DNA of 64,000 nt from Camelus ferus (lineage: Eukaryota): contig NC_045696.1 of NCBI RefSeq assembly GCF_009834535.1, positions 54,128,001 to 54,192,000 of the forward strand, given 5' to 3'. Numbering within the stretch: position 1 is the stretch's first letter; each line of letters opens with the position of its first letter. A program made the position numbers and the translations under genes. The notes beneath the pieces are model-generated. The model saw only the letters and a list, made by a program, of their open reading frames with translations, was not told where the DNA came from and searched no databases. Positions 53,008-64,000 of this stretch are shown piece by piece.

Positions 53008-56000
53008 TTTTTAAGAATATTTTCTAAAGGTTTTCAGCATGATTTTTTTTTGATCCACTACATCAATTTAATACATATTCTTTTTTTAGGTCACAGTATG
53101 CCATTTGACTTTTTCTACAGTAAATCTCTAGGGCGCACCTTCAAGCATCCTTGCCACCTTCTAAGGACTGACCACAGAAATCTCTGTCATTTAATTAAAT
53201 AGTTCTTATACAATGATAGGTACCATTACTCCAGTTTACTAACTGGGAAGCACACTGTACCAGACTTATTCCCATCATTATCTCTTCACGAGACTGTTAA
53301 CCAACTACGCATTTTTTCAGTCTAAAATACTGAAAGCCCATTGTATTAGTGACAACATCATGCAGTATTTCTGTTGGTTAGCAAGGACTTTACCTGCTGA
53401 GAAGTGGTCAAATCATAAGCAGAAGTCTAACTCAGAACCATGGGTAGCTATTTCCTTTTTAGTTCACACAAATCAATAACTTTATGTAGTTGTGTGTCTG
53501 TGTAAGCCTGGTTATTTGAATGTTATCTCAACCTTGGGGAAAAATTACATACATTTATATTTATGTTTATTTTTATATTTATAATTCATACTTATGTATT
53601 TATTTATATTTAACTGGCCCACATATTTATAGGGGATGAGGATCATTCTGCCCTTTTCTATTATTTAAAAATCATGTAATATCAGAAGTTTATTTCCATG
53701 CAGTCAGGGTAAATAATCATTCATCTCAGGCAGTAGGGCAAGGTGTATTTTCAAGCCCGAGATAAAAGATTTGCTAATAATGATTAGAGAGATGGATAAA
53801 TCTTTTTTTCCCTCCAGATGATAACTTTATGGTGGAAAGTTTCTCTTCTTGGCTACTGCTGTCTTGAATATTTTAGTGCTGAAAATTCACTATTTTGGTA
53901 CATCATTGTGACCAACACAGTAATCATCATAAGGGACCAATTGTTTAAGAGTAGACACCTTAATTGCTCATTAATTCCCTGACTAATTGGCATAAGCCAA
54001 TGTTAATGTAATTTAAAGAATAGCATCGTCCCCTCGGGTTGGTTTGGGCTTGCCCTAGGGAGTTCATTAGGCATACAGCTTGAATTATATCTGATCTTTC
54101 AACTTCCTGAGGCAGCAGTTAGGCTCCCTTCTGACACTGCCTGCTCTCAGGAAGCACTCATGGGACATACGGGAGAATCTGAGTGGTTCATACAGTGCAC
54201 CACTTCTCGGCCATCATCCCCTTCTTCTGACACTTATGGTTCCCTGTCACCCACTTCATGAAGTAAAATCTCTACTTTGTGGATTTCAAGGCCTTCTTCT
54301 GTAGTGGTCTTAATGCATCTATCTCCCCTATGCATCTGACTAGGCCCTCCATTCCATACAGGTTAGTCTACCCATTTACTTAACCATCCCTTTCCTGTGG
54401 CCCCTCTTTTTTTGTGCACTTCTTTTTCCCCTCAGCCTTTATCTCTCTTGGACTCATTTTGAGTTCAATTCTTATTTACCCTTCTCTAAAGATCCCTTGC
54501 TTTGTCCAGTTCCCAGTACATGTCGGATCCTGCCACCTCCTCCCCACACCCCTGCCATGTTCCCACCACTCCAGTGCCTCAGCCCATCTCCTGTCACTTC
54601 CTATCACCTCCTCTCCTTTGTCCCAGGTTCACAGAACTACTTCAAGTTCCCAAAATACATCTCGCTGTTTGACATCTCTGTATTTTTACAACTCTAAAAG
54701 CCAAGTCTTCTGATTTCCCAAAGTTAATTTGGATATTTGCTCTCGATTCTCCCTTAGACTTTGACACCTCAATTTTAACCTTCTTAGTATCTGATAATAA
54801 ATCATTTCAATAAAAATTTTAATTAGCACAAAAAAACACAAAAAACAAAATACAAAAAAAACCACACACACAAAAACCCCTAGCATTTCAGATTCGCAGA
54901 ACACCGCCTGATGTATCATAGAGAGCGTTCAATAAATACAGACAGAATTAAATAAGACTTAAATCCCCAATGGTTCTTTAAAAGCAGCAAATACATTTTA
55001 TTCATTATTTGATCTTCAATGTCCAATCTAGTGTTTGGCCCAGGGTTGGTGTAAGATGACTGGATTGTTGGAAGGAGGAAAGAAATGGTAATTGTGGCTA
55101 ATGGACCTTCACTGTTGGTATACTTCAATAAACAACTGTCATTTCTAGGTTTTTAAGCTTTTGGAGATTACACTCATGCTTGGTTATTTGCTTTCCTATC
55201 GAATGTATTGATGGCAAATTTGGTCAATAGGCACCAACTACAAAAAAAAATTGCAAAGCTGGAATATGTCAGATATTTCTAAAGGCTTCTAGAGTGGATG
55301 AATTTTTTTTTTTATGATTAAGACATAAATAAAGCTGTCCAGTTTGTCTCTGGCTTTCACAATCTTTCTACATTTACAGTCGATTAATCATAAAAATAAG
55401 GTAATTCCTTTCAGTTTCATCTTTTCCCTTCTTTGCTAAAATAATCTCAGGTAATTAAGAGTATTTTACTTTGAATATCTATACTCTAAACTCTCCACAT
55501 AACTACCAACATCTTCATTTTGCATCATACAGTGCCATAGAAATAACATAATAATTAATTTTAATTTTTGACACCAAGTATTTTCAAATAATTTAAATTT
55601 GAAAATTGTCCCTAAAATTAAAAACAAAGCAACCGCTTAAAGAAAAGCTTCAAGAGGATAATGTTTCATTATATATCTTAATTATAATAATTAATAACAT
55701 TCAAATGCTGTTTTTGTTTTCAGTTAGGTTTCTGAAAGACAGCCTTTCTCCCTCACCTCCTTCCCTTCCTCTCTCTCTGTTTTCTCTATTTTTTTTTTTA
55801 GCTATAAAACAATAGGTTTACATAATACATCAGTATCCATAGGATGAAGCATCTGGAACTCTGATCTCCTATCTCCTGGGCCTTTCCAAATCCAGTGACT
55901 TTTACCTCCTTTAAAATGCAGAGACACATGATACTTCCTACGGGGTGGGTCTTGTCATTCTGAAGAATCGGTCTATCTTGGAGGTTTCGATATTGTAGTC

Positions 56001-56204
56001 CTATCTCCTTTCCCACCTTCTCCCACTCTTTGCCATCTCTTGAATCTGCTACCTGCCCTGATGGTGAACCTGACTTCTCCAAACCCTGACAAGCCCCAGC
56101 AGCTCATCAGCCCTTCTTTGATTTTGCTTTCCTACAAACCCAACCTGTGCCAGGTGTGGATCAGTCTTTTCTAAAGTGTTCTCCCTAATATTCAAAGTGA
56201 AGCA

Positions 56205-56489
56205 CAATATTTTTGGCAAGTCTGTTCCATAGAAAAATAATAGTTCTCAAAATGTTAACGTGGAAAAACAAGTTCTCAATAAATTTTAGCTGAGTAAAAT
56301 TTTTTTGTTATATTCCCATGGCAGAAGTATGTATTGACCTATTAGAGGTTCTAAGCCATTTACAGCAAAGAAGCTAGCTAAACTCAATCTAATACCTATT
56401 GCCCAAGTTTTGTAGCTGTGGTGCCCTCTGTTACCTGGTAACACCTTATGTAATTTATGGTGTGTAAGGCACGGCTTGGGACATTATTG
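56205..56489. mobile_element. Degraded hAT-Charlie-like (MER112/113/119-type) fossil
   Basis: Ends resemble CAGTGTTTCCCAA / TTGGGAAACACTG terminal repeats, but are highly diverged. Confidence 0.4.
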
Positions 56490-56559
56490 TAAGGTGAAAA
56501 CAATATTGAATTTTAACTTGGAAAATCAAAATGATGATGGTGATAATGATGACGATGGT

Positions 56560-56790
56560 ATTAGTAGCTAAAATAAGTCAAGTACTGCTGTAAGAGATTT
56601 ATATGTATTAACACATTTAATCGTGTAAAAAAAACAACTAAAATAAATGAAACTATTAGCTTAATTTTACAGATACAGAAACTAAGAATCTGAGAGATTA
56701 AGGAATTTGCCCAAATTTCCAGAGCAGAAATGGGATTTGAACTCAGGCAATCAGACTCCATATTCTAAGATTTTATGCTATTCTGCTTCT
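56560..56790 (-). mobile_element. MIR SINE
   Basis: attttacagatacagaaactaag...atttgcccaa...tgggatttgaactcaggcaatcagactcca. Confidence 0.8.
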
Positions 56791-59700
56791 GTTATCTACC
56801 AGTCGTGGAACCTGAGGCAATTGACTTTACCTTCTGGGTCACTGGGTCAAGTATTTTATTGCTCAAACAGGATTAATGTTATCGGATGTGGCTTCATAAG
56901 AAAATCAGTATTTAGCAGAGCCTAGTGCAGCATCTGCATATAGGTACTCAGAAGACCTGTTTATTAAATAGGACCCAAGAACCCTACATTTGCTTATCCT
57001 CCTGCCTGTGTACACACACTGTTGGTTACCTCTCATCATGAGAGGATCAGGCACAGTGCTGTGCTGAGCTGTTGCCTAAAAATCCTCACTCCAACAGGAT
57101 CCCTAGAGCCATTTGTCCTCCTTGGATTTATTGTGTTGATTGGCTATTGCAATTCAGAAATTTACAACACTGGATGCCCTCCTCCAGCCCAGGGCACTCA
57201 GGGAACAGCTCTCCACTGAGAGTTCCAGGACAGCCACGCCCTTTCACCAAATGTCACTGCCCTTTCATGATCTTTCCTTTCTCAGAGGGGAAAAAAAAAA
57301 AAAAAAAGATCTCATTCCAAAGCTAATACACAAAATGTATGTCAATATCTCCTACTTCAGTCTGTATCCTCCAGGACTTCCAGGGTCTGTCTCCATCAAC
57401 CACTCCATCATCCTTTGGATTCTCTCCCTCTGTCTCTCCCTTCTTCCCTCCTTTTTACCCTCATAATCACAGTATACTTCTGTTCCCAAACATATTTACA
57501 CTATAAACATACTACCGACATACATCACTCTACACAGCGAAAGCAAGGACACACGTGGCTCTACCACATGATCCTACTTCTCGGTTTTTCCCCTTAACAC
57601 CAAACTTGACCAAAAATCTACTGGCCATTTCTATGTCCTTACCAAACAGTCTGTAACTCTGCAAAACTCAGCTGCATTCTCAGGATCTATATACCACATT
57701 TCTCAAAGATATTAGCAACTGCCAAATGCAATAGATTTTCTTTAGTCCAAGGGAAACCCAGGCTTTCTTTGGTCTATCCCAAACTCCGTTATTCCCACCT
57801 CTTTCTTGCAACTCTCTTCTTCGACCTCTCTGGCACTACACCACTGTGATCTGCTTTCTGTCACTTCAGTCAATTTTTCTCTCTCTCACCGGCTTCTCCC
57901 ACCTCATTGTGCATTTTAAACATGGCTCCAACCTCTGCCTTCCATTCTCGTCATATTACTCTCTCACTAGGACATTATCCACTCCATGGCACTAACAATC
58001 ACTTTCATGCAGATGGTCCAAGAAACCACTAAATTACAATTTTGAAGAAAGGGAACATCAAATTCCTCTTTCTAATTTCCATGGTTTCTAGCACATAATG
58101 GCTGTATGTGTGTGCATTCAAAGTGTATGTATAAAATAATGAACAAATTATTTCTTTGATCTAGGTTTTCCAAATAACCAGCATACTATGTTTAGGGACA
58201 GAGCTTTTATGAACTTCAAATGCTAAAACAACTGCCTGAAAATTGCTGTTATAACTCCTGAAGGGCTTGTGACCTCCAAGTGTTGGTGCCCTGTGAGTTG
58301 GACAACCAGGGAGTGTCTAGAGGGACTGAATGGTGGGGAGAAAAGAGGAAGTAGACGCAGTAAAGAAGCTGTAGAGGAGAGAATGTGGCATTTGGCTGTA
58401 GGTGATACCGCAGAGGAGGGGATAGAGAATAGGAGGGAGGAAAAAAAAGCATGTGCTTGTAGATCCCAGCCTGTGAAATTCCTTTGGCAAATGCTGACAT
58501 GTGTCCCCATGTGTCACATTCAGATATTGCTGTCTCACTTCAAAAGGACACTGATGCATTCGGATAAATTCGTACAATTTCCAAAACTCTCTCTTATCAT
58601 TCTTTGTCAAGACGCTTGGTCAAGCTTTGACTTTAGAACAGCAAGAAATGGTTAAAAAAAAAAAAAAAAAGAACAGTAGTACAACCAGCACTGCAAGGGA
58701 GATTATTCAAAAGGTTAATTATTATATGAGCAGCAGAGGGTGGAAAAAAAGACTTAAAAAGACATCTAGCCTGATAAATTTGCCTTTCTTAATTCTTAAA
58801 CTTTATTACACTTAAATATATATAAGGGAAAAAAGGGGAATACTTGAGAGGAGAGGTGATCAGGCTATTTATTTGAACATTTGATAAAACTTCATTATAT
58901 TCCCTTCCTAATCCTGAGTCATTAGAAGCAAAATGGTCCATTTGGAGATCATTTAGATATAAATGCCTGCAACCTTCCTACCAGACCTGCTGACTTTCAT
59001 TTTCTTGCTTTCTCACTCTCTCTTTTTGTCACTGAAGCCAATTACATTGAGATACGATTTTCAGCCAGGCAATCTAGCTCTGGCATCAGGGGACCCACAA
59101 TAGCCTGGCTGGAGACCCTCTTGGCCTCTAATATTATTATTTTTGGCAGCGTCATTATGATGATAATAACTGGGAACAAATAACACTATTCAAGGGAAAG
59201 AGAAAAACACAACAAAGCAAAACAAAAACCCCTACCATCTAACATTTAGATAATCCTACAATTATGACACAAATCTAAAAGAGGAAGCTGACATAATTTA
59301 AAGTTAAGGTTAATTCTTGAAATTGGTGAGGAAAATTAAAGAATGAAAGAGGCCAATTGTGTTTCAAGTTACGGAGTCAGATCCAATCTTCCACTGGGCT
59401 CCATATACGTGTTGCCTTACATATAGTTTAATCTGCTAGTGAGTGATACAGTTGATGATTCGTACTGTGGTTGAGCTTACAAAGTGTCATTTGGATCTGG
59501 GGTACTTTTCATCTGTATTTTAAAACTCAACCTGTGACTCTCAAAGAGACACATGTCCTACACTTCTTTTTGTAGGTTCCAGTATCTTTTGGGCCTTTGC
59601 TTCTTCATTCAGCCTCAGGGGTAGTACTCAGGGTAATGAGAAATGCTGTCTATATTCCAAGTCTGAGAGTTGGACTGGAAATAGACTTGGAAAGTGACTT

Positions 59701-61634
59701 ACCTTGGTAATTCACAGAGAGCTTATTTTCAATACACATGCACCCAATACCACAAGCAATAATTACACAATTCTGCTTTATCCACACTACATACACGCAC
59801 ACGCACACACAATTTGCAGCATAGAGGTTGTTTAGCTGTTTGATGGAGGAAGTGTGTTTTTGTCTGTCTAAGTAGCGGTAAAGTATTTTTTTCAGCTCAT
59901 TTTCCAACTAGCTCAAACCTAACTTAAGGGGGAAAAAAAAAAGAAGCAAAACCTAGTGCTGCTGGCCTGAACCCAAAATCCTCAGATTAGAAAAAGGGTG
60001 AGCTGGGGCAGAGCACAGTCATTTCTGGACTAATCAGAAAGGCTGGCAGCCAGCATTATGCAAAGCTCATTGGAGGGAAGCAAAGCCTCCTTGGCAAAAC
60101 AGCGATAAAGAATTATAATTTTCTGGAAATAGTAATAAGAGCTCAATAAAAAGACCTGACCAATCTCAGCACACATGGCAGGGGACAAGAAGAAAGTGGA
60201 TCATACCGAAGAAGATATGCAGAACCTAAATAATAGAAAGAAGACCAAAAGGTAATTAATCTCTTGCCCACTTCTGTGAGTGTTAAGCAGTGTCTATAAT
60301 TAGGAGTCTGTTTAAACTATCTGTGTGATAAACTGTACCATTACATGTGTATGTTTACATTACATGGGTATGTTTACTCTTTCTCAAATACTCTGTAGGT
60401 TTTATAAAACTTTAAAAGTATGCTTTCAGGTGTTGCTATGACACTTGTGCTGGTTGGAGCTTGGTCTAGCTCCAGCAGAGATTCTGGTGCCCAGAGCAGA
60501 AAAACTGTGATTATGATCTTCTGCAGAATGCAACCTCAATAGTAATTACATTTCATGTGTACTTGTGTGTACACAAGTATGTTGAGTGGCTAGAAGGAAG
60601 GACGCGGGTAGACCAGGAAGGAACATCACACGATGACACTTTCTGTGAACTTCACTAAGAAAAACAGCTTTATTGCCAAGAGAACTTACATCTTCGTATC
60701 GATCAACTAGCAAATACCTCTTTAAAATCTAAAGCTGATAGATCCTTCAGATCTATCTACAGTTCAATACATTTTTTTTGTAATTATAGTCAAGTGTGAA
60801 AATAGATACTCAGAAAAAAAGGAAATATAAAACTGTAAAAGCAAGGTCTAATTTTCAGAGTTATAACTAATGTAGAAACATTTATTGATTTCCTTCTCTA
60901 TGCAAGTTGCAGGGGAATAATTGTGTAAGACAGGCATCACACTCTAAGGAAGCTGGCAATGTTATTCAGGAGATATGAGACACATCCAAAATTAAATGAA
61001 TTAAAGAGGGAAAGAGATTGGAAGGAGAAGTACAGAAAGATGGATTTCATGTGGTGCTGGTGAGAGCTGTTGGAGGCTTTTAAGTAGGGTAAGAACATAA
61101 TGAAAAGGTTTTAGGAAGATGAATATGGAAGGCCAGTTAAGAAATAATCCTTGAAATAGGCACAACGTGGTTGTGTGCAGGGCCTTTTTTTCCTCTATCA
61201 TCAGACAGGCAAGTCTGAAGTATGTGGACTTGAAGTAGAGGCACAGCCCAGTGTGATCTCAGACTTCTAAAACAAAAGCCAATTTCCTCCTCTTCTTCTA
61301 CTTCCTTCTTTCTGTGTTATCTATTGTTAGGTAATGCTTCTCCCTTCCTTGTTGATACCTCAAAATACAACAGTGTATTTTAGCTCATTGGGTTAAACTG
61401 GCAGTTGGTGGTGTGTGTGTGGTGGGGTGGGGGTAGATCCCATCAATTACATAGAAGTCCATAAAAATGCAGACATTCCAACAAAAAACAAGATCTGAGG
61501 AATAAAATAAAAATTTTATTTCTCTTGTATCAGAAAATCTTAGATATTTTGAGCTCAGAAAAACCTCAGAAACCATTCATGGTAAGTGCTTCATCTGATC
61601 ATCAGGAACTACCTATAGATCCGGAGGAAGCAAT

Positions 61635-61770
61635 AATATCTCTATTTTCCACGTGGAGAAACTGAGACTCTAGGTTTAGTAACTGCTTCAAAGCAAGTTA
61701 ATAAGTGATGGAGCTCGGCTGGAACTCAGCTAATCCTGTTTGCCTGATAGTTTTTCTTACTACACCTCAT
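61635..61770 (-). mobile_element. MIR-family SINE (degraded)
   Basis: attttccacgtggagaaactgagactct...taagtgatggagctcggctggaactcag. Confidence 0.65.
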
Positions 61771-61892
61771 GATCATTTTACATGGTGTTTGGGACAATAC
61801 ATAATTAAGGCTGTTTGAGACTTAGTACAGTCTAGGGGAGCCTGAAACAATGTGAAAGATAGAGAACTATCTTCCTTATAATGTATTTCTTT

Positions 61893-62064
61893 CTTTTAAC
61901 TGAAGTATAGTTGATGTACAATAGTATTTAAGTTATGGTGTACCCAATATAGTGACTCACAATTTTTAAAGGTTATACTCCATCTATAGTTATTACAAAA
62001 TATTGGCTATATTCCCTGTTTTGAATAGTATATCCTTGTAGCTTATTGAATACATAATAGTTTG
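61893..62064 (-). mobile_element. L1 3'UTR fragment
   Basis: aactgaagtatagttgatgtacaat...aaaatattggctatattccctgt. 17-bp TSD ttataatgtat(t/g)tcttt at 61876-61892 and 62065-62081. Confidence 0.85.
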
Positions 62065-62826
62065 TTATAATGTATGTCTTTTGAAAATAATAAAATAGGA
62101 TCTGGTTTTAGGGTTACAGTTCATATCTGCAAACACACAGTTAAAACTTTCAAGAGATTTCTGCCCCTACCTCTTGATAACGCCTTCTAGGAAACTTTAA
62201 GATCATCTGTGGAAGTATCCTATATCTCCTACCAGCTCTTTCTTTTTTTAGTATGCTTTGCCCATTCTCTATTCACCATCCCTCATGATTGCATCTCCTT
62301 TGAAAAATTACTCCTATTAAACTAAATTTCTCTGTCACTGCAAGAGACATAAAATTAAAAACTATCTGTCTTTAATCATGCCAGGCTTATTTCTTGTCTC
62401 CCAGGCTCCATTTATCAATAATTAATACATAAAGAAGACTGAAATCCATTTCAATTTCAAAGGCCCAAATGTTTCGCTGATTAATAAAAAATTGTGCTCA
62501 CAAAGATGGACGGACATGCCACGGTGAAATGATGGAGGGCGCTGCATTAGCAGGGAAAGAGATCTCAGGACCACATACGCCACGTGGCCTACCAGACGAG
62601 AAATTAGCCTCATGGAGGAACGATTCTGCAGGGGTACCACCCACCCAGCCTGACATTGCTGCATGTGGGAATCCTTGTCTGCAATTAACATTTTGGTCTA
62701 TTCTGTTTACCTCTCCATCCAGGGTCTTATAAAAACAATAAAAGGGTGAACTCACATCTAAGAACCCACTCTTTGGAATTACAAATGCATCTGATTTACT
62801 AAACAATTAGTGTACATATCATTATA

Positions 62827-63017
62827 CAGTTGGCCCTTGAACAACAAGGGTTTAAACTGCATGGGTCGACTTATACACGGATATTTTTCAATAGTAAATA
62901 CTGTGGCACCACATGGTCTGTGCTTGATTGAATCCTTGATACAGAGGAACCATGGAAACAGAGGCCCAACTATAAGTTATATATGGATTAATCCCCACAT
63001 GGTTCGAGGATCAACTG
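62827..63017. mobile_element. Tigger2-like non-autonomous TcMar DNA transposon (MITE)
   Basis: Terminal inverted repeats CAGTTGGCCCTTGAACAAC and (reverse complement) CAGTTGATCCTCGAACCAT; TA on the left, CA on the right. Confidence 0.85.
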
Positions 63018-64000
63018 CATACACAACACTGTGATAGTATACAACGTGGGTTGGTGAAACCCATAAATATGTGGCTTGAGAGAAAATGCCTGGGTCTTAC
63101 TAACTTCCTGATGTACCCACTGTTATGTCGTTGGCAGATCCCTTGACATTCAGTTCTCGTGCTGTTTGCTGTCAGCATGGGCTTCTGTATCTAGGGAGTT
63201 TTAACACTAGTTGCAGCAAACTCAGAGTCATTCAAGTGTCCCAGTTCTACACAAGTGTGAAGTTTCCATCAAATTCTTAAGGTCTAGCAATGCACAGACC
63301 GTTAACATAGACAGTTCCCTCTACTATTCTCACTTTGCACAAAACTAACTACAGCAGTTTATTCTTGGAGTTCTGGTCTCCCTGTTGAGAGGTTCACTTT
63401 CTAAGTTCCTCTGTGCTAAGTAGCAATGGGAGAAATTCTTTCAGCCCTAGGATCTTTGATGGTATAAAGCAATTCCAAGTTGGAAAAATTTGCAGGGAAA
63501 CTAAATAGTACGTGGGTGAAAATGGATAGATGAGTGTTGTTGGACTTAAAATCCTTTCTTCAGAGAAGTCCTAAAAGTGAGAGAAAACTCCACACTCCTC
63601 ACCCAGACTCTTAGAGACAGAGTATTTTCATACCTCACTGATTTTACCTTCTAAGAGCTTTATCTCATTTGGCTGCCACTTCTGAGCAAATTTCCACAAA
63701 CAGTGCTGTAAATACCAGTGTGAATGGCAGATGGATTTTTCTTACATTCTACTGGATCCGTCTGAGGGTCTTTCCTCTCTTATTTCTACCACAGCCCAAA
63801 TTCAGATTTCAGATTTACTGGCTCTCTAGTGTGTAAGGTGGAGAAATGAGGAAATAAGATATTTCAGATTAGGAAGTAGCCCTCATTTTACATGTGTGTG
63901 TATGTCTATTTTCTGCTTTATTTTGACACAGCCACAAAATGTCAACACAAACACAAAATGTCACTGAGTCACTGAATCAAACATTTGGGGAGATAGATGG

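Noticed and set aside
60339..60376. 19-bp tandem duplication cattacatg(t/g)gtatgttta
   Set aside because: Two copies without spacers; ordinary slippage, not an array.
60560..60579. Short inverted repeat tacttgtgt-gt-acacaagta
   Set aside because: A 9-bp stem is too short for a miRNA or other structured RNA call.
1..64000. Prokaryotic-type systems (CRISPR, operons, retrons) suggested by the RT ORF
   Set aside because: The DNA is mammalian, the RT is L1 ORF2, and no repeat-spacer array was seen.

Overview
AT-rich mammalian DNA, most likely camelid (alpaca/llama/camel), judged from a Vic-1-type tRNA-derived SINE. I found no host protein-coding exon; the window reads like the interior of a very long intron. 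The dominant feature is a young full-length LINE-1 on the minus strand (37334-44471). It has a perfect 16-bp target-site duplication, a CpG-rich 5'UTR, a few ORF1/ORF2 lesions and an unusually long (~407 bp) inter-ORF spacer carrying its own ORF. It sits inside an ancient L1MD-like element that also hosts other insertions. Truncated L1 tails, MIR, L2, MaLR and DNA-transposon fossils are scattered elsewhere. The most interesting non-repeat signal is a textbook recursive-splicing site on the minus strand at 50538|50537: branch-point-like motif, 26-nt pure pyrimidine tract, CAG|GTAAGT, and a second GTAAGT donor 50 nt downstream that defines an RS-exon. This implies a minus-strand host gene with a giant intron. 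Repeat family names come from recognising consensus motifs by eye, not from a database search, and boundaries of old repeats are approximate.
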